The notes: generated by a model not told the origin, from the sequence alone. DNA of 58,592 bases, filler included, from Sphacelaria rigidula (GCA_964200075.2; 8 parts of 8 records of this genome joined end to end with filler, not necessarily neighbours in it); one strand, 5' to 3'; positions 38,273 to 50,744 are shown, counted from the whole stretch's first letter. A program made the numbers and translations.

Positions 38273-40380
38273 GCTGGATGGCAACACATTCGTTTGTCCC
38301 CATATTTTTTATTCCCGGTCAAAGAAACCCGCTGCAAATTTCGGGTCGGGAACGATCTCATGCCAGCACAGAGATTTCCATACCACCAAGTTGCGATAAT
38401 TTGTTTACCCCCACAAGAGGTTCGAATTTCATGCGTAGCGTGTTTCAACAGCTCACAGTCCCGCAGGTGTCTCATGTGTTGTGGCGTTCTGTAGTGATGT
38501 GGCGTCACTGCCGTAGAGAGGTCATCACCACCCCACGGACACCAGTGCACACGCGGCCATTCGGCTGCCCCGCTTAATACATAGTTTCCGGTCAACTTCT
38601 CCAACCCCCAGAGGAATCGAAGGCCTCCAGAGGACGCGCGGCCCTCTGCGTAGGCGGGTCGATTCAGAAATCGGGCTGGGCGAGATTCGACACAACATAC
38701 TCCAGGCGTCGACCGCCACAGGATCGGTGCCGGTTGTTTACTGAAACTTTGCGAGGAACCCCGCTAGGTCGCCATGCACCAACAATGGCGGAAGACGTTG
38801 ATTCGTGCTTATATGAGTTTGATTATTGCTTTCATATTTCACTTGTTGAGGCGAGTTTACGAAAGCAGACACCATACGTCCATGACAACGCCCATACTTC
38901 TACAAACAAAACAACAAATGAAAGTAGCCTCCATCGGGGCACCCCGGGCAATCAAGACCGCAATTATTTTATCTCGTTTTATTTTCCCAGCAAGCTGCCC
39001 CCGCACCAAGAAGGCAGGCGCCCACAGAGGCTCGTGAAGAACCACCTTCATGAACTGACGAAAGTGCGCGGCAGACCATGCCACAACCATCATTCTCTAC
39101 TCATGTGTCGAGTAGCACGTCGCAGTCCCACGGTGAGGTGAGACGGCGAAGGTCATGGCACAAACGCGAGAAACGTCACGCCGGCCGCGTAAGAGTTGGA
39201 CGCTGATATCAGACACGAGCATGCTGCGGGTCCTCACAAAACCTCGCAGCAGACACGACGTTTCCAGCTTTTCTCGGCGTTCAACGGTGGTCCGCATCGT
39301 CCGAAGTTCCCACTCTCAACAAGACTGTACTCGAAGATACTACGAGCACATGACGAAACCAAGGAACATATTCCACTGTGGAAACTCGTGCAGGAAGCCC
39401 AATTTCAGGGCCGAAAAGAGGCCCTTTATTCACACCGAAATCGAGGCTAATATATGCTTTTTTATTCAGACACCTTTGGGACAAGGGAAGCGCGGGAAGT
39501 TCCCCAAACAATTCTAGGGAGGTCGGGAAGGATGACGTCGTCCAGCAGATGGAAGTAATTTGTCATCACTAGAGGTCAACGAGATCAATACTTTCAACTA
39601 GAACCAACCCCATGTTTTCGTTCAAACCCATTTCTTACAACCAGATGCCATGACCGCGGCCATCTACCGGTGACATATGCGCGCGCCCCTAGGAACGGTG
39701 TTGAGGCACCGACGGTGGATACCACAGCCATACAGCCCAAGGCACACAGCGCCGGGAAATATGGCCTTGATGCTGACCCAACCATTCAATATGACAACAC
39801 GCATTTTCCCCCTACACGGATCCATCTCCGCGGTGGAGACTCTGTAGGGTCCAACGATGTCCCCGAAAACAATCGCGCCACCGCGGCTTCGTCAAACCAG
39901 GCGTGAGCACCAGAGGATCAAAACGTAACGGACGCGAAGCGACATGATCTTCCCATGATTCGTGGGATATCGAGTATATCTCAACGTGTATAATGCGGTG
40001 GTTTTGTGTCAAATCACCAAACTACTTTGTTAATGGACCGCAGCATGTCGAGATCGGAGCGACCTCATCATAGGGGTGCGCAAATATTAACCGATCTTAT
40101 AATCTTGGGCCGAAGCCCTTTACATCGTTGAGAATGTGACTCACGAATACTTTAGAATACGCAATGAATACTATTCCCCCACCATCCCCTGATGAAAATG
40201 AGTGAACTTCGTGAAAGGGTCGACGACGTAACCCATGTAGCCGTACACGTTGGATCAATGACAGCTTATGAACCTAACGAAATGTTGCACAAGGCGTTAA
40301 CCCAACCATCGCATTGCGCATTGTTGGCACAGGGTGAACCCGCCACAAGGCCGACCGACGTACCGGGAAGTAGTTACCTT

Positions 40381-41487
40381 ATCACGGGTTTGGTAAACCA
40401 GCCATACACACCCATCGGCTAAATATACGGAATGCTGCTGCGGGACATGAGAGATACGACCACACAAATATTCAGTCGAGTGATGTCGAAGGAAATGCTG
40501 TCGTTCATGACACCGACGTCTCACGCACAGGAGCTTCGCTTTAATACTGTACCCCATAAGTTTATCGTGATCTACGGCACAAGATGTGCGCACACACGCC
40601 ACAGAGAGAACAGTCATCGCCCCATCAGGTCTTTGCTGCGGCAGCCATCACGCCACAACCAAAACGATAACAAACAACGCCGCCCCTACTAATATCCCCA
40701 TGTGTGTGGTGGAGGGCTCTGAACCACGTTCATTTTCATGAGGCACCAGCCTGCTGCAAAATCGTTCCTCAGCGTTTGCGACGGAATCGCATAACCTCTG
40801 GAGTCATGACACATAGTTTTCACGCCGGAGAGTCAACCGAAATCCCAAACCACTACCGCCTAATCACGGGTTTGGTAAACCAGCCATACACACCCATCGG
40901 CTAAATACACGGAATGCTGCGGGACATGAGAGATACGACCACACAAATATTCAGTCGAGTGATGTCGAAGGAAATGCTGTCGTTCATGACACCGACGTCT
41001 CCCGCACAAGAGTTTCGCTTTCATACTGTACCCCATAAGTTTATCGTGATCTATGACACGAGGTGTGCGTACACACGCCACAGAGAGAACAGTCATCGCC
41101 CTATCAGGTCTTTGCTGCGGCAGCCATCACGCCACAACCAAAACGATAACAAACAACGCGCTACCAATATTCCCATACATGTCATGGGCGCTGAACCATG
41201 TGCGTTTTCATGAGGCACCAGCCTGCTGCAAAATCGTTCCTCAGCGTTTGCGACGGAATCGCATAACCTCTGGAGTCATGACACATAGTTTTCACGCCGG
41301 AGAGTCAACCGAAATCCCAAACCACTACCGCCTAATCACGGGTTTGGTAAACCAGCCATACACACCCATCGGCTAAATACACGGAATGCTGCGGGACATG
41401 AGAGATACGACCACACAAATATTCAGTCGTGTGATGTCGAAGGAAATGCTGTCGTTCATGACACCGACGTCTCCCGCACAAGAGTTT
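40381..41487 (+). repeat. Tandem repeat, ~475-bp unit, about 2.3 copies
   Basis: atcacgggtttggtaaaccagccatacacacccatcggctaaata starts at 40381, 40863 and 41335 (periods 482 and 472). Confidence 0.92.
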
Positions 41488-41984
41488 TGCTAAGCAATCA
41501 CAGACCCACAACGGGTTTGACGAACCAGTCGTGGACGCTAGACCATGACAAACCAACAAGCGACGCGCGAAATAATTTAATAACTTATTTCATGGGTTCA
41601 ATGTCAACGTTCATAACATGCCGTATTTCCACTCATTAAGTTCGCTTTGTTTACACAACAAGCGCCGCACCGCCCGCGCCGCTTCAATTGACCCCAAATA
41701 GTAGGTTTACAAAGCAGCGGCAGCCAATAGCATATATATTGCGATGCTACTCGCAGGCCTGCGCCGCGGGCGCTACGAGGTGGTTGATGTGCTCCACGAA
41801 AGCGAAAAGATTAAAAATGCGATACAGCAGCCGATCGGCCCAGCGACTCAGATTGGTTCCCGCGACTGGAGCGTGAGTCCGATTTTAGGAGCAATCTTAA
41901 AAGTTTGATGACTCAATGCCCGACTGCGAAGCTTATACCCTGGACGGGCGAAACTCGAGTGAATGGTGGACGACGGAAACGCAC

Positions 41985-42175
41985 TACTGAACCCCCATCG
42001 CGAAAAAATAACACCAAGCACCGTAGAAGGAAGGTCGGTGGAAACCTAAAGTATCCGACATTAAAACATAATTTTGTGCTGACCGCCTTCTTCCTGTGTG
42101 ACCCCGGGTGCTGCGCGCACTAATAGCAAGGGATGACGTGCGGCGCCCGGAATAGAACGGGCGACTACACACACT
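41985..42175 (+). mobile_element. 5'-truncated tRNA-derived SINE copy
   Basis: ctgaaccc...caagcaccgtagaaggaagg...ttcctgtgtgacccc...cgcccggaataga...acacacac matches the SINE 3' half. Confidence 0.65.
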
Positions 42176-43048
42176 GCGTTCTACACCCCGATGCCGATCG
42201 CGCTTGATAACACCCAGCGTGACCCATCCATACCCCCCCCGTCCCCCCACCATCCTCCCTGGCCGCTCGTTACCAAATACTCGATATAAAAGACAGCATC
42301 GTTGCATGGCTATGGGCGGAGGCTGGTGGCCCGGAACTGACCTTTATCCTCACAGTCGAACTCCGATACGAATACGACATTAAGCTATTCGTTGACATCG
42401 ACGAGTGAGCCGTTCCGCCGGTATAATTCAAATACAAGAAATAGAGACAACAACGGACGCAACATATATACATCACCTGTACATAACTCGACTCCATCCC
42501 ATCCTCTGACCCCCCCCCCCCGCACACACACACACCACGCACACACACACTAGACACGAATTCGCCAGACGAGAAGTGGGCGGAGACTTGGAGGCGGGGA
42601 ACATATGTAAGGTTCCGTCCACCACATACTGCATGATCGTCGATGGAGTGCCCCCCCCCTCCCGCGAGACTCCCATCACTCCGGAACTGCGCAGGCCATT
42701 ACTGTCCGTGGAAGTGACCCAGCAAAAAAAAGCGAAGAAAATCATTAGTTTTCCCACCCTCACGCAAGATAATCACCTTACTCCTGGCCGAACAAACTTT
42801 GCACGTTGCACGTATCCCTTCATACGACCCGCGTAAGACACCACTGCCCTTCCATCTTATTGATGGATGGCGACACCACCGACCCTACCACATCCAGGGG
42901 TATCACATGCCGGCATCGTAACGACGCGGCGTTGACACACAGTTCGAATGCAATATCATGAGTACACTGCGACGACACTGGTTTGGCAAACCAGGAAAGG
43001 AAAAGAGTAGATGAGGGAGGGGAGGAGGGGGGTGGTGTTGGTGGGGGG

Positions 43049-43812
43049 GTAGTGATGATCATGGGTGCCATAGTCATCAAACGATTGACCTCGCATCCCG
43101 ACGAAGCCGGGACGGAGCACGCCGGGTTTTCGTCGGACTAGAGTTGCACCCAAGTCACCAAGCGTGACGCGCCGTGGTATGTTCGCCAAGTTGCTTGAAG
43201 GGTGGACTGCATCCTGCTAAAGAGTGATGCTACGGTAGGGGTGCACGATCACTTCCTGGGCGGAGAATTGTTAGGAGCCCTTTCTCTCATCCAAAACACG
43301 ACTTGTGAAAATAAGTGAGAGCACGCCAAAACAACCACTCTAATGAGCTGCGGATATCCCGAATGAATTTGTCAACGGGGATGCCCCGACCCATACTCTT
43401 GTGCATCTGGAATTGTTGGGAGCCTCTGAACCAGACACGATTTCGTGCAACATGTTCACCCCTACCGTAGCATTGCTCGAAGATTGTTCGGCCCGAAGCC
43501 TACGGGTTGTCTCGTATGGGGGGATGACAGCCGACAATGGGATGCTTAATTTCCTGGTATCGCCACCTCCAGATACAGCCACGGCTAACATGCCGCCTGT
43601 TGGGTGTTTCACAAATAAAACACCAGTGCGATCATCCCCATTGCGCGGAGTCGAGGTTCTCCCACGCCGCACAACATGGTCTACCTCGACTACCACCATG
43701 GTAACCACAATAAAAAACGCAAGCGCGCAAAACAAAATCGGTAACCTGATTGCCTAGCATACGCTGTGAGTCTCGTGTTCTATAGCGCCAACGCCAACCG
43801 ACGCCAACCCTA
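43049..43812 (-). mobile_element. Long copy of the C-run-anchored repeat family, interrupted by a MITE
   Basis: Reverse complement matches 6145-6675 and 45614-46081; G-runs on both sides. Confidence 0.75.
43222..43478. mobile_element. MITE (257 bp) with GAG...CTC termini nested in the above repeat
   Basis: TIRs gagtgatgctacggtaggggtg / cacccctaccgtagcattgctc. Flanks taaa/gaag; the empty site in sister copies reads ctgc-TAAG-attg, consistent with a decayed 4-bp TSD. Confidence 0.8.
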
Positions 43813-43843
43813 TCGAGAGGGAGGGAGGGAGGGGGGGGGGGGC

Positions 43844-43908
43844 GTACTCAAAATGTTGCTTGCCTTAGTCATTTGACCATTGACCACGCGCACCTTTCGA
43901 GACGGGGC
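43844..43908 (-). mobile_element. Short end fragment of the C-run-anchored repeat family (variant subfamily)
   Basis: Reverse complement ccgtctcgaaaggtgcgcgtggtcaatggtcaaatgactaaggcaagcaacattttgagtac-gccccccc; matches ~3905-3973, ~45195-45263, ~47945-48007. Confidence 0.7.
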
Positions 43909-43920
43909 AGGGCGGGGGGG

Positions 43921-44020
43921 NNNNNNNNNNNNNNNNNNNNNNNNNNNNNNNNNNNNNNNNNNNNTTAATTAATTAANNNNNNNNNNNNNNNNNNNNNNNN
44001 NNNNNNNNNNNNNNNNNNNN
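43921..44020. other. Artificial contig-joining linker
   Basis: N44-TTAATTAATTAA-N44. Confidence 0.97.
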
Positions 44021-44160
44021 CAGTGGTCTGATGACTATGGCATGCATGATCATGAGTACACCCAACTATTCCCGTTTTCCTCTCCACCCCCGCCTGCCCC
44101 ATGCGCACTCCAACTCATCCCCCGCCCCCCCGAAACTGGAACTTGATGCAATTTAAACAG

Positions 44161-47100
44161 ACGGAGAGGCGCGGCTCTCCGCGGAACTACACGGCCGCGA
44201 GGTTGGCGCAAGAGGAACACGGAGAGATGGCCCTTTGCACCTTCAAACCAAACCTTTCCGCGACAGCGAGCAGGTGAAGAATAGTGGCAGGAGGACGATA
44301 GTGGCCGCTATAAACGTGAAACGAACCCACGCGGGTGCTCATCGGTCGAGAGTGACAGTTGGAATCATTTGAAGACGACGGATACGAAAGCAAAATACAG
44401 AAAATGAGTTGTTCATGCAGGAGTCCACTACTTTGACAGCTAACGCGCACAACCCGTCCGTTTCCCCCCCGATCATCGGGACACATGGAACAACATTCAG
44501 TGGAAGGTAAGCGCACAGGCAAGGTATATTTCTTTTTTCCGCCATCATTTGAATCCATTCCCTTCCTCGAGACGAGTTCGCAAACTCGGGGGATTAACTC
44601 ATCTTTCCCTGTACCCGCCGAACACTTCGATGTCGCGGGTTGGACCAGCATTACTCCTGGAAGCGCGTCGACGCCGATATAATGTTTTTCGACCACTTCG
44701 GTTCCCACGATTTCACCATCGTAACCAGATGATGCCACGAAGTAATCGTACATGTCGCGGTTCGAAGCCACAAGCTGACGCCCTGGCCGGGTAAAATAGC
44801 CTTGAGCTGATCGGATCACGGGGGCGCGGCGGCGAGTAGAATACAACGAAACTCGAGATCTTCATGAAGGAGCACGAACTCCAAAAAGAAGTATAGAATC
44901 TGAAAATTCTAGTCCAACGTGTTGCGACCCATGCAACACGACGTGGCGTTGAATGCCGGCATGAACAACAGGGATCAAAATCGTTCTCGTCTGTTCGTCA
45001 TGCAGCAGAAAAAAATATTCCAATAAAATATGGTTCTACTCAGTATAGTAGTGACCACCGTCGTAGTAGCGGGGATAACGATGGTACGGCAAGTCATTAC
45101 CTAAAGTTCAAACGCAGTTTGACGCCTGACCAATCGTAATGACAGTAAATACATGTTCAAAATGCACATTTACCATCCTCGCGCCTCCGCTCCATCGGTG
45201 TTCCGTCTCGCAAGGCATGCATGGCCAATGATCAGCCAACCAAGGCGAGCAACAAATGAGTAACCCCCCCCTGCCCCCTCCGCTCCATCGCACCACCCGC
45301 GGAACCTGGTCGTTGCGTCGTCTTGTTTTGATAACCGTCGAAGTCCCTTCAAGGCGGAGGGACGGGGAAGGCCCACATTCCAGACCCTGTACGAAGCCCG
45401 CGATGCTAAATCAATACTCAAGGCCCGCCAGGTAAAGCGTGAGGGGACTAGGAGTACTTCATCACGATCCACGCAGTAGGACAGTATAATGCACGATTTC
45501 CTCCGGTAACAGACGGTCATAAAAACATTGGGCCCAGCTTTCCTTCCCCCCCTCAGCCTGGTCCGGCGAAACCCCGGCGTGCTCCGTCCCGGCTGTGTAG
45601 GGACGATCCCCCTATGGGGTTGGCGTCGGTTGGCGATGACGCTGTAAAACACGCCACTCACTGCGTAAGCTAGGCAACCAGGCTACCGGGTTTGTTTTGC
45701 GCGCTTGCGTTTTTTTGCGGTAACCTTGATGGTAATCGAGCGAGATTATGTTGTGCGGCGTGGGAGAACCTCAATTCCGCCCAAAGGGGATGATCATACT
45801 ACGCAGTGTTTACATGGTGAGATACCCATGAGGGAATGTGAAACCCGTGGCTGTCTCTGGAAGTGGTGATTCCAGAAACGAAGCAACTCATTGGAGGCTG
45901 CCATCCATATGCAAGATAAATCAGTAGGCTTCGGGCCGAGCAATCTTAGCAGGATGCAGCTCACCCTTCATGCAGATTGATTGTGAGTCTGGTTCGGCTC
46001 AAACCCGGCGTGTTCCGTCTCGGCTATGTAGGAATGCGAGGTCAATAGCCCTTTGACTATGTCAAACCAGATCATGAGTACACTCGCCCCTCCCTCGACC
46101 GCCTCCTCTCATGTTTTTTCCTTCACGTATTACCGCCAATACGGTGTAATATTTGTTTCTTGTTTTGGATTTCTTGTCTCTCACTAGGATATGATGAAGG
46201 AATGCACGTTCCGTCCGAAATTAGACTCGCACAAAACCCGGCTAGGACGCAGCTTGAGCCCTCGGAGGGGCAGGGGCGAGGTGTTCGATGAGCTCTTCAA
46301 GGATGCCAAGTTCCAGACTTTTGCCAGAGCACAGGTAACCAGACGTTCCTCGCTCTGAAGGAATGATATTATATTATAGATGAAGAACATTGTCGATAAA
46401 ATATCGTGCCATTAACATCTAATTAGAGCATACTTCGAAGTATATATATATATACACACACAGTGTACACCACAGGCCCACAGCACAACACCACATAGAC
46501 TACTGTCAAAGGGACGACTGTATGAAATGCGTGACCGCGCAAAGGTCTTTTAGACGGATGTAAATGACAGGTCGGAGCAATAGTGATGCTAATATCTGAG
46601 GCGAGCATGCATGTGCTGACGAGTCAGACGCTAGCTTCGTGTGGTGCTATTTTGTTTTGCAGCTTATGCTAAGTATTCGCAGTATAACTGTCATGCTAGG
46701 CACAGCTTTTTATCCTTTCTCTACAGTGTCTTTCCTTCAAGGTGTTTCCGCTCATTTACCTGGGCTACCTCTACCGTATCTCCACCACAACGGCTCGATT
46801 ATTTCTCAATCTCATAGATCACGAAACGCGAAACCATAGGGAACTTTCAATAAGCACTGGAAGACGTTCAGTCCGTCGAGTTTGTCGGGTTTAGATTTGT
46901 GCCAAATTTGATGAGCTATAATATCTACTCTAGATGCCAAGTTTTTGGCACATGCTCGAGACGAAGTCGTCCAGGCACTTACTAACTAGGAGCATCACCA
47001 CTTCTGAACGCTGACGGTGGAAATGGTGTGTGTATGTCAGACAGACAGACAAACAGACGGATAGACGGACAGATAGATGGACAGATAGATGGACAGACAG

Positions 47101-47182
47101 ACAGACAGACAGACAGACAGAGAAGGGACCAGAAAGGTGACGAAAAACAGTACATCATTTGGGACGACCGAGCAACACTGAC

Positions 47183-47236
<54 letters not shown>

Positions 47237-48833
47237 AAAATATCTCACTGATCCGAGTGTTTCTTTTTCCGTACGCAACGAATGCAGTAGTCTACCCGAT
47301 TTGTATATGTGTTCCTGCTCTTCTCTACCTGACGAAACATTTCCAACTATAATCGCCCCTTCTCTCTGGCTATCTCTCTGTCTCTCTGTCTCTCTCTGTC
47401 TCTGTGTGTCTGTCTGCCAGTCTGGCTGTCTTCTCTCCTCGCCCCCTTCTCAAAATACCATATCATCTCCCTACTATGATATCAATAAGTACGATCCAGC
47501 TCAATGAGCCTGGACTGAAACAGCTTGTCGCAAGCCTTCCCCATTTTCGTCACATGATTGGGAAAATAAAGTTATGCCCAATACACCCCGCGAGCGAGTT
47601 CGTGCGCGGATTACCCGGAGGGCTCAGCTAGACCGCCTCGCGGTGGTCGTGTTGGGTTGCCTCCCCGAGCGTTCGTACATCTTGGCTAGGGGGGATGTCG
47701 GAGTGTCCCACGAAGCCCCCTCTTATGTTAACACGATCAAGTTCGTGTAGTCCATGCGCCGCCCTACTTTGAACAGCTTCAGTCCCGGAGCTTGGCCCTA
47801 CAGCCTCTCGAGAGTGTACCGTAGGTAAAGTCAGGTATCAGATTTTTGAACACACATACGCAAGTGACAGGTATTTTTTTCATTCTTTGAGAAAAAAACA
47901 CAATCCTACTGGAATCTCCCCCCCCTCCCCCCCCCGAAAGAGATCTCCGTCTCGAGAAGGATGCGTGGTCAACGGTCAAGCGACTAAGGCAAGCAACGAA
48001 TGAGTACGCCCTACCCCTCCCGCGCCTTTCTCCCCCCTTCCTGCCCCACTTTGCTTGCACGGCCACTGCGTCAGAGCGCTGAGAAGTTGCAGGCATCCGA
48101 GTGCCCCTTCACGCCCGACATGATGAAGAAGCTCCGCTCTCCTTGCGGTGAGCGGATCACTCGCGAGGATAGTGACGAAACCGTGGGGTCAACCGAGGAC
48201 GAATTGCCCCTGCCGTGCCCTCCGGCGAGCACCTCGCAGACGGGCGGTGGAAACGATGCGGGGAACGACACCGAAGATGGCGAAGGCGGCGGGCGGGAGA
48301 AAACAAGTCACGCTGAAACAAATGATAGTGCTGGGGTCAAGAGTGATGGGGCTACTGCCGATGCTTGTGGTTGCACTGGTAGCGGCTCTACTCGGGACGA
48401 AACGGTGGTCATCACTCAGAACAAGACAGAAGAGGGTACCGTTGCTCAGGAAGGTGCTGTTTCGGGTACGAAAGGGTCCGAGAAAACGACTGGCGCCGGG
48501 GAAAAGGGTGGTATCGCCGCCGAGGAAGAAGGTGGTACCTTTCCCCAGAACCCGGGTACCATCAACCCCAAGATTGAGGGTATAAACCCCGAGGATGAGG
48601 GTACTACCCCCCAGAACGCGGGTACTACCTCTCAAAACGAGGGCTTCGAACCCCAGGCCGAGGCCACCACTCCCCAGACCAAGGAAGGTACCCCGCCAAT
48701 CGAGGGAGCTACCCCCCCGAACGACGGGACTCCCTCCCCAAGCGAAGGCATCATCCTTCAGGAAGAAGGTAGTATTGCCGAGACAGAAGGTACTGCCGAC
48801 GAACAGGCTAACCCTTTCACTTCCCCGGAGTAA
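44161..48833 (+). CDS. 3' exons of an uncharacterised protein with repeated CxFxP motifs and an acidic 7-aa-repeat tail; partial gene
   Basis: Phase-consistent exons 44161-44273 (LCTFKPNL), 45344-45431 (TFQTLYE), 46188-46334 (ECTFRPKL...VFDELFKDA), 48075-48833 (ECPFTPDM...stop TAA). Confidence 0.75.
45553..46081 (+). mobile_element. Short fragment plus long copy of the C-run-anchored repeat family in an intron
   Basis: cccggcgtgctccgtcccggc fragment (45553-45607), C-run, then long copy 45614-46081 ending atcatgagtac-actcgcccctccc. Confidence 0.75.
47036..47236. repeat. (GACA/GATA)n and (GT)n microsatellites
   Basis: Direct read (~47036-47120 and ~47186-47236). Confidence 0.9.
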
Positions 48834-49216
48834 AATCGATCACCCTCTCAGGCATCGGTAGTATGGTGCTGGTTAAGCGGGAGGGACGCTCTTTTCCCGG
48901 TAGGAAAAATTGGTGGCTGTGGCCTGGGGTATAGGAGGGGCGGAGTGGGGCGGCAAAGGTTTGAGCGACAGGCATGTGCTCGTAAGGGCGTGAGTGAACC
49001 TAAATGTCTTTTCCAAAAGACAGCCGATGTAAGGTGCTAATGTGCTTCGAGGCAGGAGGAATAGGGAGACGTATTATGTCCCACGAATCTTGACATCATT
49101 TTTACTGTGCCGTGGTGTACTCTTAGCTGTAGGTATCCTTCTGGTACTAGACGGGTGATGTATCAGAGCCGTCGTCGTGTTTTCCAGTTGGTGTGAACAA
49201 CGTTTGCCCCTTAGAA

Positions 49217-49217
49217 G

Positions 49218-49293
<76 letters not shown>

Positions 49294-49298
49294 CGTGT
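49217..49298. repeat. (GT)n microsatellite
   Basis: Direct read. Confidence 0.9.
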
Positions 49299-50744
49299 CA
49301 GGGGAGGGAGGAGGATCGGTCAGGCAACTAATCGTCTGAATAGTGGCTTAGATCTCCTGGATTCAAAATTACCTTGTTCAATTTTTCTGCTGGACTGTGA
49401 GGAATTCTCACAGGGGGTCATGTGGGATTTCTGTAACTGTATGTTTCCCGTCGACGAAACTGACGTGTCATGTGTAGTGTGTCATGACTACAGCATCGAG
49501 GTCCATAGTTTTGAGGAGCGGAGGGGTGAAGAAGGAGGGTGACATGGAAACCCGGTGAAAGTTAAAGTTAAGGTCGTGTACGAGTAGCGAAGACTCTGTT
49601 TTGTGTTTGTTTGTGGACTCCGGAAGATATACCGATGGTAATTTGGTGGGCAAGATGTCGAAGAGAGAAGGAGAGAGAGAGGGAGGTTCGTGGACTCCGG
49701 AGAATATACTGATGATATTTTGGTGGGCGAAGTGTTGAAAACAGAGAGACATAGATGAGACAAGAGCATGTGGTTCATGATGCTACATTGACAGAGAATC
49801 ATCACTAGTAATGGTACCACTATTATCAGCTGTGGCGTGGGACGTATACGTATATATGCCAGATACGTTCCGAGTGATAAAACCATACCGAAACTATGTT
49901 TATGTGTGCATCTTTTACGATAGAAGAAGGATATATACATATCTCAATCAATTACATTTCCATTACCAACCCGCGAGTATAGGGAGTTCATTCCGTTATT
50001 TTTTCACGACCGACACACGAAGGGTGAATGCGTGACCAGCTGTTTGCGACCCCTATCTCAATGAATCATCGATCATTCGCATCCATCGTCCCGTGCTGTC
50101 TAGCCCAACGCTCGCACTCGAGATGTTTCCGCTGAGAGCGGAAACTCGAATTCGTTAGATCAAGCAAATTTACAGTCGTGAACGTTCAACCGTGAATTGA
50201 ATACCGACCGGTAGTTTGTTCGATCAAGCGAAGTCATGAACATTCAACTACAAATATCGATGGATTACAAATAGGCGATGACAACACCTCGGAGACATGT
50301 GCCGCTTCCCCCCCTCCTCCTCCCCTCCTCTCCCGCCAAGAACAACCGCGCAGCCAGCCACAACGAATACCCTCAGCACTTGCGATAAGCAGCTCATTGT
50401 GCATCTAATGGCAAAAACGGTAATGTTAACTTGGCAGGTGAATCACCGTCGCCGTTTGAAAAAGACGGTTGACAACCGTGTCCGTCCGCGAGGAAACTCG
50501 AGTGTCTGCTCGTATGTCCGTCTTTGCAGGTTCACAAGGAAGCGTGGGCCATGAGATTATGCTTGTGGTTGCTGAAAGCGGAATGGTCGGCGTAATGTTT
50601 TTGTGGAAAGCAGTTCACCGAACTCCGGCATCATTCGTAGATTGAACAAATACTGTACTGATCTTCAGTGCGTGGAATGCTTCATGAACGGAACACTCGC
50701 TCTGTTCACTATATGTGGCATACTTTATGCTGTTGATACTACTG

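Noticed and set aside
40381-41487. CRISPR-like array
   Set aside because: Whole ~475-bp units are repeated, with no unique spacers and no cas genes, in a eukaryotic context.
49612-49750. ~78-bp local tandem duplication (similar small direct repeats at ~53900-54055 and ~12520-12570)
   Set aside because: Short, diverged two- or three-copy duplications with no further structure.
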